A DNA stretch of 32,000 bases, taken from Candidatus Saccharimonadota bacterium (lineage in GTDB: Bacteria > Bacteroidota > Bacteroidia > Cytophagales > Amoebophilaceae). The notes under the pieces were generated by a model that saw only the letters and a program-made list of their open reading frames with translations, searched no databases and was not told the origin of the DNA. A program made the position numbers and the translations under genes. Within the stretch, counting starts at the first letter, position 1. Each line of letters starts with the position of its first letter. The stretch lies in assembly GCF_936981045.1 (NCBI RefSeq), contig NZ_OW441264.1, positions 1,050,001 through 1,082,000 on the forward strand, written 5' to 3'. Below are positions 1 to 9,806 of the stretch, one piece after another.

Positions 1-906
1 TCCCACACTACCCCTAAGCTTATGTGATGCCACCAAGAAACCCAAGACAATAAGAATGATAATGGCAAAAGGTGCCATATACCGAATATGTTTCTCTGCT
101 GTGAAAAAACGTACAGTTTCGTTACCCTTATAGATCAATTTTTGAATATGTAACTCTAGTTCAGGTAAGGTCAGCCCGTCTTTTAGATTGGGGTTAATGG
201 AAAAATCTTCTGGATGTACTGCTAAAGCAATGATTAGGCGATCCCCTGCGGTAAGTTCTTCATGTCTTGGGAAAAGGACCCGCTTTTGCCAAGATCGCAC
301 CATCCAAGTTTGGTCCGTTGTACGCCATTGTATCTTTTCAGCATGCAATCGCTCTATTAGAGCATTATTTTTAAAAGTGTCTAAGGTTACATCATAGCCC
401 GTATTATTGTAACTATGGTATTTAGTGATATGGAGATATTGATCAGCGCCTACCTTGAGCTGTAGGTAGTCTGATCGAGCAAAGAAACCCATGTCGAGAT
501 ACTCTGTTTCAAACTGAACACGTGGCTTATTCCCACTAGCCAATAACCAACCCGTTAGATAAAAGTTGGCTCCAGCAAGTAGCAATGCAATGATTATATA
601 AGGTGTGATGATACGATCTAAACTAACACCACTGCTTAATAGGGCAATAATCTCTGACCGCTTTGCAAGTCTAGTCGTCACCCAGATGGTTGTCCAAAAG
701 ACAATAATAGGTGCTAAAAGGTTCACTATGTAAGGAATCAGTACACAGTAATAGTTAAATACCTGATAAAAGGGCAGGTGGTGTTTTTTAAAATCACTTA
801 CATGTTCCGCTGCGTGAATAACGATAATCACTAAGGTAACGATGATAAGCACAACAAAAAAAGTGGAAAAGAACTTCTTGAAAATGTATCGATCTAGTAA
901 CTTCAT
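1..906 (-). CDS. LptF/LptG (YjgP/YjgQ) family LPS export permease, partial; the C-terminus lies beyond the window start
   Basis: My own minus-strand translation from the ATG at 906-904 reads MKLLDRYIFKKFFSTFFVVLIIV...RLAKRSEIIALLSSGVSL, and stays open to base 1. This is the typical N-terminus and TM pattern of LptF/G permeases. It is missing from the ORF track because it runs off the window edge. Confidence 0.8.
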   Translation of the reverse strand, partial: MKLLDRYIFKKFFSTFFVVLIIVTLVIIVIHAAEHVSDFKKHHLPFYQVFNYYCVLIPYIVNLLAPIIVFWTTIWVTTRLAKRSEIIALLSSGVSLDRIITPYIIIALLLAGANFYLTGWLLASGNKPRVQFETEYLDMGFFARSDYLQLKVGADQYLHITKYHSYNNTGYDVTLDTFKNNALIERLHAEKIQWRTTDQTWMVRSWQKRVLFPRHEELTAGDRLIIALAVHPEDFSINPNLKDGLTLPELELHIQKLIYKGNETVRFFTAEKHIRYMAPFAIIILIVLGFLVASHKLRGSVG

Positions 907-911
907 TTTGA

Positions 912-2090
912 TTAGATTTTTTCCATGATGGTTCTAAGTATATGGTTTTTCCATGCAACAAAGTTATCCTGCTGAATTTGCGTCCTAGCTTGACGAACCA
1001 ACCATAGATAAAAAGTTAAGTTATGCACACTGGCCAATTGAGCGCCTAATAGTTCTTTAGAAGTAATCAAGTGGCGCAAGTAGGCTTTTGAATAATAGCC
1101 ACTAACTGGGCCGCCTAGTGCCGCATCTATGGGACTAAAGTCATACGTCCATTTTTTGTTTTTAATGTTTAATATGCCTTGCGTGGTAAATAAAGTACCA
1201 TTGCGCCCATTTCGAGTCGGCATCACACAGTCAAACATGTCTACACCTAAGGCAATGCATTCCAAAAGATCCAGCGGTGTACCAACCCCCATTAAATAGC
1301 GCGGCTTGGATCTGGGCAAAATCGAACAAACCAATGCTGTAATTTCATAGAGTTGACCAGTAGGATGGCATACCCCCCCTATCGCATTACCAGGCCTATC
1401 CGCTGCAGCGATGGTTTCCGAAGATTGGATACGTAAATCTTTATAAATGCTGCCTTGCACAATTGGGAAAAGGGTTTGATGCGCATACTGCTCCGTTAAG
1501 GTAGCATCAAAATAATCTATGCTCCTTTTGAGCCAGCGATGGGTACGTTCCATAGAATCTTTGGCATAGTTATAACTACAAGGGTAAGGTGTACATTCAT
1601 CCAATACCATCATCACATCAGAACCAATACTGCGTTGAATATCTACGACACCTTCTGGTGTAAATAGATGCTTGGATCCATCTATATGCGAACGAAAGGT
1701 AACACCTGCTTCTGTAAGTTTACGATTGCCTGCCAGAGAGTAGACCTGATAGCCCCCACTATCGGTTAATATCGGACGATGCCATCCCATAAAGGCGTGG
1801 AGCCCTCCTGCTGCATCCAATACCTTGGTGCCTGGACGCAGATAGAGATGATAGGTATTGCCCAAGATAATATCCGCATCGACCTGGTCCTGTAATACTT
1901 GCTGTGGAATGGATTTTACCGATCCGATTGTACCTACTGGCATAAAGATAGGGGTACGAATGGTTCCTTTACTAGTAGTGATCAGCCCTGCCCTAGCTTT
2001 GGAATGGGGGTCTTCATGTTCTACTAAAAATTGCAATGAAGTATGGATGAATATATTTAAAATATAGGTATCTATAAAAAACGTAGGCAA
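912..2090 (-). CDS. tgt: tRNA-guanine transglycosylase (queuine tRNA-ribosyltransferase)
   Basis: Contains KARAGLITTSKGTIRTPIFMPVGT, LGNTYHL, DSGGYQV and VDMFDCVMPTRNGRNG, all Tgt hallmarks. The true start is probably the TTG at 2036 (LQFLVEHED...), giving ~375 aa, rather than the upstream ATG at 2090. Confidence 0.95.
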   Translation of the reverse strand: MPTFFIDTYILNIFIHTSLQFLVEHEDPHSKARAGLITTSKGTIRTPIFMPVGTIGSVKSIPQQVLQDQVDADIILGNTYHLYLRPGTKVLDAAGGLHAFMGWHRPILTDSGGYQVYSLAGNRKLTEAGVTFRSHIDGSKHLFTPEGVVDIQRSIGSDVMMVLDECTPYPCSYNYAKDSMERTHRWLKRSIDYFDATLTEQYAHQTLFPIVQGSIYKDLRIQSSETIAAADRPGNAIGGVCHPTGQLYEITALVCSILPRSKPRYLMGVGTPLDLLECIALGVDMFDCVMPTRNGRNGTLFTTQGILNIKNKKWTYDFSPIDAALGGPVSGYYSKAYLRHLITSKELLGAQLASVHNLTFYLWLVRQARTQIQQDNFVAWKNHILRTIMEKI

Positions 2091-2355
2091 TCCCTACTTA
2101 CTTAGCATCCCTTTTGGATTTCAGGTCAAATATATGCTTTTTTACCTTTATCCTGCATGAAGTGTTGCTAGGGCCATCTGTAAAGTAGTAATAAATCCAT
2201 ATTTTCCCTTAAATTAGCGCTTTGAGCAGATCTACGTATCGTACATGTCTATGTCATCATTGCAACAAATGATGTGATGGTGCATTTGCTTTTTATCATT
2301 CAGTTAAACGGCCATACCATTTAATCTAGCGGGGAAGGGGGTGAAGGGAACCACA

Positions 2356-3120
2356 ATGGCAGAGGATACATTCAATACAAACATTTCTATGCAACTTCGT
2401 GCTGATTCATTAATCAAAGAATACAAGGGCCGTAAGGTAGTAAAAGACATCTCACTTACGGTGGCGTCTGGTGAAATTGTAGGGTTACTAGGTCCCAATG
2501 GGGCAGGCAAAACCACTACCTTCTATATGATGGTTGGGCTTATAAAGCCAAATAGTGGAAATATTTATTTAGATGAAACATGCATCACCCCCTTACCCCT
2601 ATACAAGCGTGCCCAAAAAGGTATTAGTTACTTGCCTCAGGAGGCCTCTGTCTTTAGACAATTAACGGTAGAGGAAAACATCATGGCAGTATTGGAAATG
2701 CGTGGTCTTTCCAAACAGGAACGCAAAGAAAAATTAGATGGTTTATTAGAAGAGTTTAGTATTACGCATATACGAAAAAGCAAAAGCAATGTACTTTCTG
2801 GTGGAGAACGTCGTCGAACGGAAATAGCTAGAGCATTGGCTACGGACCCTAAGTTTGTGTTACTAGATGAACCTTTTGCAGGTGTAGATCCTATTGCTGT
2901 AGAAGAAATCCAATTGCTTATCGTCAAACTGAAGCGTAATAATATTGGCGTCTTGATTACAGACCATAACGTAGATGAAACGCTTTCCATTACGAATAGG
3001 GCTTATTTGATGTTTGCGGGTACATTGCTTAAAGCAGGTACTGCAGAAGAATTGGCAGAAGACGAACAGGTACGGAGGCTTTATCTTGGCGAAAAATTTG
3101 AATTAAAGCGTTACGAATAA
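2356..3120 (+). CDS. lptB: LPS export ABC transporter ATP-binding protein LptB
   Basis: Walker [13 protein letters not shown] signature LSGGERRR and Walker [12 protein letters not shown], with length and N-terminal context typical of LptB. I prefer the ATG at 2356 over the GTG at 2341. Confidence 0.9.
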   Translation: MAEDTFNTNISMQLRADSLIKEYKGRKVVKDISLTVASGEIVGLLGPNGAGKTTTFYMMVGLIKPNSGNIYLDETCITPLPLYKRAQKGISYLPQEASVFRQLTVEENIMAVLEMRGLSKQERKEKLDGLLEEFSITHIRKSKSNVLSGGERRRTEIARALATDPKFVLLDEPFAGVDPIAVEEIQLLIVKLKRNNIGVLITDHNVDETLSITNRAYLMFAGTLLKAGTAEELAEDEQVRRLYLGEKFELKRYE

Positions 3121-3310
3121 CCTGTATGATACAACCTGCATAGACACTTTGTAAGTGGCAAAACAGTAGCAGTAAAAAAGTCGTTCTACGATCTATATTA
3201 GATATATACTGCGTTTTATACGCAATCTAATGTATACGTGCAGTCAATGGCACTAAGTTAAGAAAAAATATTTGTGATTACTGCAGCGTATAGCATATTG
3301 AAAAAAACCT

Positions 3311-4768
3311 ATGCATGAGATTATAAAAGAGCAGTATCAAGTCGTTATTGGGTTAGAGATCCATATTCAATTGCTTACCGATAGCAAAATGTTTTCCTCA
3401 GATAGAGCTGAATATGGTGCCCTTCCTAACACGAACCTGAGTCCTATAACATTGGCCTACCCTGGTGCGTTGCCTAGGGTAAATAAAAAAGCATTTGACT
3501 ATGCTATAAAGTTAGGATTAGCGTGTGCATCCACCATTACAGATTTAAACTTTTTTGCAAGAAAAAGCTATTTCTATCCAGATTTACCCAAAGGCTTTCA
3601 AATTACACAAGATACCACCCCTATTTGCCGAGGTGGATTTGTAACCATTTATTCTAATGGGGGGGGGGGGAAAAAAATTCCACTGATTCGAATGCACTTA
3701 GAAGAAGACACAGGTAAATCTTTACATGGTATAGTGGAGGATATTACTTTATTGGATTATAACCGAGCAGGTACCCCTTTATTAGAGTTGGTAACAGCTC
3801 CAGAGATCACCACAGGAGCGGAAGCCTATCAATTTTTAGCTGAAATCCGGAAATTGCTTCGCTATTTAGACATCTGTGACGGTAATATGGAAGAGGCTTC
3901 TTTGCGTTGTGATGCCAATATTTCAGTAGCATCCAAAGGATCTCAGCGCCTTGGCACTAGAGTAGAGGTTAAAAATATGAATTCTATGCGCAACGTTCAG
4001 CTGGCCATAGCCTATGAGATCGATCGACAAATCGCACGATTAGAAGCAGGTGAATCAGTGATTGCAGAAACCAGAAATTTTCAAGCTGCTTCAGGGGAAA
4101 CGGTTAGCCTTCGTGCCAAAGAAACAGCCAGTGAGTACCGTTATTTCCCAGAGCCAGATATTCCCCCTATATGGGTTTCGCAGGAATGGATAGAAAGCAT
4201 TCGCAAGACCATGCCTTTATTGCCAAGAGCCTATTTCAAAAAATTTATAGAAGAATATGGTCTTTCGCACTATACCGCTTCTGTTCTTACTGAAAATAAA
4301 GCCTTTGCCATGTTATTTGATGCGCTATGCCAGCATACCACTTACTATACAGCTGCAGCCAATTGGTTGCTGGGCCCTGTCAAAGGCTATCTTAATGAGC
4401 TATCTCTTTCCTTGGAAGATTTTCCCCTTACGATAGACCGTTTCGTTGCACTGATCACATTAGTAGAAAGTGGCATGGTTAGTTTTTCCGTTGCGGCCAG
4501 CCAAATCTTTCCCCTATTGCTACAACAATTAGATATAACACCTATGGAACTGGCAAAAAAGATAGACCTGATACAGGACAGTGATGAAGCCAACTTAAAA
4601 GCACTGGTTACAGAAGTATTAGCAGCCTATCCAGACAAAGTAGAAGCATATAAAAATGGCAAGTCAGGGCTACTGGCCATGTTTATGGGAGAAATTATGA
4701 AAAAGAGCCAGGGAAAAGCCAACGCACCACTGGTAAGTAAGTTATTAGAAGAAGCTTTAAATAATTAG
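3311..4768 (+). CDS. gatB: Asp-tRNA(Asn)/Glu-tRNA(Gln) amidotransferase subunit B
   Basis: VIGLEIHIQL, HLEEDTGKS, DYNRAGTPLLELV, RCDANISV and a C-terminal GatB/YqeY tail are all present at full length (485 aa). Confidence 0.95.
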   Translation: MHEIIKEQYQVVIGLEIHIQLLTDSKMFSSDRAEYGALPNTNLSPITLAYPGALPRVNKKAFDYAIKLGLACASTITDLNFFARKSYFYPDLPKGFQITQDTTPICRGGFVTIYSNGGGGKKIPLIRMHLEEDTGKSLHGIVEDITLLDYNRAGTPLLELVTAPEITTGAEAYQFLAEIRKLLRYLDICDGNMEEASLRCDANISVASKGSQRLGTRVEVKNMNSMRNVQLAIAYEIDRQIARLEAGESVIAETRNFQAASGETVSLRAKETASEYRYFPEPDIPPIWVSQEWIESIRKTMPLLPRAYFKKFIEEYGLSHYTASVLTENKAFAMLFDALCQHTTYYTAAANWLLGPVKGYLNELSLSLEDFPLTIDRFVALITLVESGMVSFSVAASQIFPLLLQQLDITPMELAKKIDLIQDSDEANLKALVTEVLAAYPDKVEAYKNGKSGLLAMFMGEIMKKSQGKANAPLVSKLLEEALNN

Positions 4769-4929
4769 TCTTAAGCCTTGATTTTATATTTGTTATACTT
4801 AGATCTTTCGGAGAACCAACTATATTGCTTCTTAATTAATTGTAAAATCCTTTACCTGCATGAGCTGACCAAACTAGATTATGCTTATAAATTTTTAATT
4901 TTAAGTTTTATCAGACAAAATTTTAACCT

Positions 4930-6714
4930 ATGCCTTTGCCCACAGACTCCATACAGCTCGAACCCAAACTTAAATTAGCCATACAGGAAGCATTTTTAGA
5001 ACTCTACAATCTACCCTTATCAGAAGCCGCATGCAGCTTACAAGTTACCAGAAAAGAATTCCACGGTACCTTTTCACTTCCTGTATTTCCTTTTTGTAAA
5101 AGATGCAATGCACAACCGGCCGAATTAGCAGAAAAAATAGGCCAATGGCTGCAAACCCATACCGATCTAATAGCCAGTTATAATGTTATGGGTGGTTTTT
5201 TAAACCTTGTGATAGATGATGCCATCTGGATAACTATTTTAAGATCTATTGCACAAGATCCAACCCATGGCCGTTTGCCTAAACAAAGGCGGCATGTAGT
5301 GGTAGAATTTTCATGCCCTAATACCAATAAACCTCAACATTTGGGCCATTTGCGTAATAACTTTTTAGGCAGCTCTTTGGGAGCTATCTTAGATTCCGCT
5401 GGCTATACTGTAAATACAGTGAACCTGATCAATGACCGCGGCATTCATATTTGCAAGTCTATGGTTGCTTACCAACAATTTGGTAGGGATGAAACACCAG
5501 AAAGTACTGGCGTAAAGGGCGATCACTTAGTAGGAAAGTACTATGTAAAATTTGACCAAGTATATAAAGCAGAACTGGCCCTTATGGAAAAAAATGGGGA
5601 GAAGATCCCTCCTATTTTGCAACAGGCACAAAAAATGTTGGTGGAATGGGAAAAAGGGGACCCTGCTGTGATGGCTTTATGGAAAAAAATGAATCGATGG
5701 GTCTATGATGGATTCAACGTGACCTATGCCCAATTGGGCATCACTTTTGATAAGACCTATTATGAATCTGAGGCCTATCTGCTTGGTAAAACCATTGTAA
5801 AAGAGGGGTTGCATAAAAAAATATTCTATAGAAGAACAGATGGCGCAATTGCAGTTGATTTATCTAAACAAGGTTTAGGAGAAAAGGTGCTCTTGCGCAG
5901 CGATGGAACAGCTGTCTATATTACACAAGACCTAGGTATAGCCGATTTTCGTTATGCAGATTACTATTTTGATCAAATGATTTATGTCGTGGGCAATGAG
6001 CAAGCCTATCACTTTAAGGTTTTATTTGCCATTATGGCCCAATTGGATAGGCCATATGCATCTTTTATGCACCATTTTCCCTATGGCATGGTTGATCTCC
6101 CAGATGGTAAAATGAAATCCAGAGAGGGAAACGTAGTAGATGCCGATTACCTGATAGAAGAAATGGTGGGTACGGTGCGCCACTATATGGGAAACACCCA
6201 TAAGATTGAAGGATTATCTCGAGAGGAACTAGAAAAATTGCATCATACCTTAGCAATGGGCGCTTTAAAATTCTTCTTACTACGGGTAGCACCTCAAAAA
6301 AGGATGTTATTCAATCCTAATGAATCTATTGATTTTCAAGGTGATACGGGTATATTTATTCAATACACCTATGCTAGAATCTCTTCACTAGCGCGAAAGG
6401 CTAAGGAAGACCAAGCCCTTTCATTGGATCCCCTAAGCGCTCCACTAAGTCAGCTGGAGCAGGCCCTTATTTTCCAACTGTATAGGTTACCAGAAGCAAT
6501 AGAGGAGGCGGCAACCACCTACATGCCTTCTGTAATCGCCAATTACGCTTTAGAATTAGCCAAAGCCTATAATAGATTTTATGCAAGTTGTCCGATATTG
6601 CGGGAGCCTAATCTTAATATGAGTGCAGTTAGGCTATGGCTTTCCATTTGTGTGGGTAGGGTACTGAAAAAGAGCATGACACTCTTAACCATTGAACTGC
6701 CAGAGAAAATGTAG
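4930..6714 (+). CDS. argS: arginine--tRNA ligase
   Basis: Class I HIGH-type motif PNTNKPQHLGHLRN, a KMKSREGNVV (KMSKS-like) loop and a C-terminal DALR anticodon-binding region; 594 aa. Confidence 0.95.
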   Translation: MPLPTDSIQLEPKLKLAIQEAFLELYNLPLSEAACSLQVTRKEFHGTFSLPVFPFCKRCNAQPAELAEKIGQWLQTHTDLIASYNVMGGFLNLVIDDAIWITILRSIAQDPTHGRLPKQRRHVVVEFSCPNTNKPQHLGHLRNNFLGSSLGAILDSAGYTVNTVNLINDRGIHICKSMVAYQQFGRDETPESTGVKGDHLVGKYYVKFDQVYKAELALMEKNGEKIPPILQQAQKMLVEWEKGDPAVMALWKKMNRWVYDGFNVTYAQLGITFDKTYYESEAYLLGKTIVKEGLHKKIFYRRTDGAIAVDLSKQGLGEKVLLRSDGTAVYITQDLGIADFRYADYYFDQMIYVVGNEQAYHFKVLFAIMAQLDRPYASFMHHFPYGMVDLPDGKMKSREGNVVDADYLIEEMVGTVRHYMGNTHKIEGLSREELEKLHHTLAMGALKFFLLRVAPQKRMLFNPNESIDFQGDTGIFIQYTYARISSLARKAKEDQALSLDPLSAPLSQLEQALIFQLYRLPEAIEEAATTYMPSVIANYALELAKAYNRFYASCPILREPNLNMSAVRLWLSICVGRVLKKSMTLLTIELPEKM

Positions 6715-6727
6715 TACCCAATTCCTT

Positions 6728-7390
6728 CTACCATGCAATAGGCGTTTGGCCTGTAGCCAATAGATAGGCATTAGCTTTGCTAAAATGTTTGCATTGAAAA
6801 AATCCCCTATGCGCAGATAGCGAAGAAGGATGTGCCGATTTGAGTATGAGATGTTTCTGGGCATCAATCAACCCCTCCTTTTGCCCGGCATAACTCCCCC
6901 ATAGTATGAAGACAACCTGTTGTTTACCTTTCGCAATGGCTTTTATCACTGCGTCAGTAAAAAGTTCCCAGCCTTGGTTTTGATGAGACCCTGCTTTATG
7001 CGCTTCTACAGTTAAAGTGGCATTTAATAACAATACGCCCTGCTTGGCCCAATCATCTAATGCGCCAGATGTTGGCTTTGGGGTCCCAACATCTGCTTGT
7101 AGTTCCGAAAAAATATTCCTCAACGAAGGTGGAAAAGAGATGCCCAAAGGAACAGAAAAAGCCAATCCATCTGCCTGACCTGGGCCGTGATAGGGGTCTT
7201 GCCCTAAAATCACCACTTTTGTATGGGTAAAAGTAGAGAGCTCAAAGGCCCTAAATATATTTTTAGCTGCTGGGTAAACCATACGATTTCGGTAGGCTGT
7301 TCTTACATAATCCGTTAGCTTTTTAAAATAAGGCTTTTCAAACTCTGTGGTAAGTGCGTCTTTCCAGGATGATTCTATTCGTACGTTCAT
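6728..7390 (-). CDS. ung: uracil-DNA glycosylase (family 1)
   Basis: GQDPYHGPGQADGLAFSV and HPSSLSAHRGF motifs; 220 aa. Confidence 0.95.
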   Translation of the reverse strand: MNVRIESSWKDALTTEFEKPYFKKLTDYVRTAYRNRMVYPAAKNIFRAFELSTFTHTKVVILGQDPYHGPGQADGLAFSVPLGISFPPSLRNIFSELQADVGTPKPTSGALDDWAKQGVLLLNATLTVEAHKAGSHQNQGWELFTDAVIKAIAKGKQQVVFILWGSYAGQKEGLIDAQKHLILKSAHPSSLSAHRGFFQCKHFSKANAYLLATGQTPIAW

Positions 7391-7550
7391 GTTTGTAAGC
7401 GTTCAATCATACGCATAAGCTTATAAAACTTATAACATGGATACAATACAATGCATTAAAATTATACAAATAACTTGACTTTATCCATTTCTTTTTATAG
7501 CTTCGCTTTTGTTACCCAGGATCTAAGGTTAGGGATTATTTAATGATAAC

Positions 7551-7910
7551 ATGAGACATTACGAAACCGTATTTATACTATCACCAGTACTTTCTAACAA
7601 TCAAATAAAAGCATCTATAAGTAGGTACAGATCTTTTTTAGTGGGGCGTAATGCAACAATAGTACATGAAGAGGAGATGGGTTTAAAGCCATTAGCTTAC
7701 CCAATAAAGCATAAAAAAAGCGGTGTATATCACCTGATAGAATTTGCAAGTGATCCCAGCTTGATTAAGGAGTTGGAAATTACTTATGCACGAGATGAGC
7801 AGGTGTTGCGTTTTTTAACATTTGCTTTAGACAAGCATGCCTTGGCGCATAATATGGCAAGGAGGTCGGATGCTGGGAAAGAAGAACCTAAGAAAGCAGT
7901 AGCGCTATGA
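7551..7910 (+). CDS. rpsF: 30S ribosomal protein S6
   Basis: MRHYETVFILSP N-terminus, and first position in an S6-S18-L9 operon. Confidence 0.95.
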   Translation: MRHYETVFILSPVLSNNQIKASISRYRSFLVGRNATIVHEEEMGLKPLAYPIKHKKSGVYHLIEFASDPSLIKELEITYARDEQVLRFLTFALDKHALAHNMARRSDAGKEEPKKAVAL

Positions 7911-8158
7911 CTTTAGTAAACGAATCGATACAAAAAAAAACGATCACTAAGAAATTTTGTCGCTTCAAGCGGTATGGCATCAAGTATGTGGACTATAAGT
8001 GCGTTGAGTTTTTAATGAAGTTTCTCAATGAGCAAGGGAAAATACTACCTAGACGCATTAGTGGTAATAGTTTAAAGTATCAAAAAAAAGTGGCTTGTGC
8101 GGTAAAGCGTGCCAGGCAGCTTGCTTTGCTTCCTTATGTAGCAGATAACTTAAAGTAA
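7907..8158 (+). CDS. rpsR: 30S ribosomal protein S18
   Basis: CRFKRYGIKYVDYKCVEFLMKFLNEQGKILPRRISG...KRARQLALLPY is an S18 signature. It overlaps the rpsF stop by 4 nt. Confidence 0.95.
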   Translation: MTLVNESIQKKTITKKFCRFKRYGIKYVDYKCVEFLMKFLNEQGKILPRRISGNSLKYQKKVACAVKRARQLALLPYVADNLK

Positions 8159-8165
8159 ACCAAAG

Positions 8166-8609
8166 ATGGAAGTAATATTAAAGCGTGCACATAAAACATT
8201 AGGGAACAAAGGTGATATCGTTTCGGTTAAAGCTGGTTATGCTAGGAATCATCTGATTCCTGAAGGGCTTGCTGTTGTGGCTAATGCTGTGCATACAAAG
8301 GTTGCACGTGAAAATGCAAAACAAGCAGCCCACAAAATGTTAAAATTAAAAGCCGATGCTGAAGCACTTTTGCCTCTTTTAACAGCTGCTAAAGTAGTAG
8401 TGGCTGCAAAGGTAGGTGAGGGTAGTAAAATATTTGGTTCTGTCACTCCTTTGCAAATTGCTAAATCGCTTAAAGCACAGGGTATTATAGTAGACTATAC
8501 TAGAATAGCTATTGAATCACCTATTAAGCAAATAGGGACTTATCAGGCGGTGTTGTCTTTGCATGAAACGGTTTCCTATACATTAACTTTTGATGTAGTT
8601 CCTGCTTAG
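8166..8609 (+). CDS. rplI: 50S ribosomal protein L9
   Basis: MEVILKRAHKTLGNKGDIVSVKAGYARNHLIP N-terminal domain, 147 aa, third gene of the operon. Confidence 0.95.
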   Translation: MEVILKRAHKTLGNKGDIVSVKAGYARNHLIPEGLAVVANAVHTKVARENAKQAAHKMLKLKADAEALLPLLTAAKVVVAAKVGEGSKIFGSVTPLQIAKSLKAQGIIVDYTRIAIESPIKQIGTYQAVLSLHETVSYTLTFDVVPA

Positions 8610-9001
8610 GGGAACTGCTGTAATCTTGGGGCTTCGTATAGCGTGTGAAAGGGGGTTTGTTGCTAGGAACTCTTTTGCAGTATCATTTTTTTTTGTTTTT
8701 TTTGATAAAAGCTATAGGGGCCCCTTCCCTACTTGTTGTTAAAGAATTTATATGCTACTTTTTGATAAATCAATACCTATATATTCGATGTTACTGAAGC
8801 TTATAATGGTGCCATGAGTGGTGGCAATGCATTATTTGTTATTGCACTACGTAAAAGATAGGTGTAAGCGTAAGCAAGCAGGCCAAACGTAAGGCAAGCC
8901 TTGTTCTTTAGGCTAGTGGCAACTTTTTATATCAGTACTTGAGTTTTTTGATTGTTTTTTTTATAAGCGATCATGCAAATGCCTGAGCGTATGTCTATCA
9001 T

Positions 9002-9766
9002 ATGTATTCTACTTTAAGCAAAAAAAAAGCTACAGCCATCCGTCAGTTCGCGCTTAAAAAATACCGCCTAGCCCAGGCTGCTTTTGTCTTAGAGGGGAAA
9101 AAAGGTATTCAAGCATTGTTGGCTTCTGATTATGCTATAAAATATATAGTAGGGACATCTACTTTTTTTGAAGAGAATCAGGATATTCCTGCTTCTATTC
9201 GTAAAGAAACAGAGCTATTTGAGGTCAAAAAAGAGCTACTTTCTAGGTTAGGCTCCTTTGTTCACAACCATGAAGTACTAGCAGTAGCTGCTATACCCAG
9301 GCCCACTGCACCATGTTTATCACCCAGTGGTATGACCCTTGCATTAGATAGTATCCAAGACCCTGGGAATTTAGGCACGATCATCCGTATAGCAGATTGG
9401 TATGGTATAGCTACCATACTTTGTTCCCAAACAACCGTAGACCTATACAACCCAAAGGTACTACAAGCCAGTATGGGATCTTTTGTAAAGGTCAACCTAC
9501 ATTATGTAGATTTACCCCACTATTTACAAGGTTTAAACCTACCTATTCTAGGTGCTACGTTGGATGGAAAGCCCTTACATGATTTTTTATTTCCAAACTA
9601 TGGGGTATTGGTTATTGGGAACGAGTCCCATGGAATTCAGCCTGCCGTAAAAGAAACCCTTACAGCCGCTATTTCAATTCCTAGATATGGCCATGCTAAT
9701 TCCTTAAATGCAGCCACTGCTACGGCCATTTTATGTGACAATTGGAAACGCATATGTGCTGGATAA
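9002..9766 (+). CDS. TrmH/SpoU-family RNA 2'-O-methyltransferase
   Basis: SpoU motifs DSIQDPGNLGTIIR, VIGNESHGI and SLNAATATAIL; 254 aa. Confidence 0.85.
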   Translation: MYSTLSKKKATAIRQFALKKYRLAQAAFVLEGKKGIQALLASDYAIKYIVGTSTFFEENQDIPASIRKETELFEVKKELLSRLGSFVHNHEVLAVAAIPRPTAPCLSPSGMTLALDSIQDPGNLGTIIRIADWYGIATILCSQTTVDLYNPKVLQASMGSFVKVNLHYVDLPHYLQGLNLPILGATLDGKPLHDFLFPNYGVLVIGNESHGIQPAVKETLTAAISIPRYGHANSLNAATATAILCDNWKRICAG

Positions 9767-9806
9767 TCTGTGAATAAAAAAATGTAAGTGCATTAAAACC
9801 GGTCGT

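Noticed and set aside
188-397. 69-aa ORF on the plus strand
   Set aside because: It lies entirely antisense within the LptF/G permease reading frame, which is open from 906 to base 1 on the minus strand, and has no recognisable motif.
1858-2990. Track ORFs 1858..2067(+), 2304..2516(-) and 2637..2990(-)
   Set aside because: These are antisense or overlapping shadows of tgt and lptB, with low-complexity translations and no family resemblance.
4387-6867. Track ORFs 4387..4593(-), 4778..4978(+), 6065..6292(-) and 6685..6867(-)
   Set aside because: These are shadow ORFs inside gatB, argS and ung, or they span an AT-rich intergenic spacer and run into the argS start. None has motifs or a plausible context.
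7391-7550. Bacteroidota-type promoter (TAnnTTTG -7 box) upstream of rpsF; similar near-matches at 18075-18100 and in the repeat heads (tactttttg)
   Set aside because: Only off-by-one or near matches were seen. Without transcription start data these are not distinguishable from background in AT-rich DNA.
8610-9001. 392-nt intergenic region after rplI, examined for tmRNA, RNase P, SRP RNA or a tRNA
   Set aside because: I could not find conserved cores by eye (GGAAAGTCC-type RNase P, a tmRNA tRNA-like end, a T-loop GGTTCGAATCC or an SRP domain IV). It contains only a T-rich tract, a GGGGCCCC palindrome and a head fragment of the repeat family.
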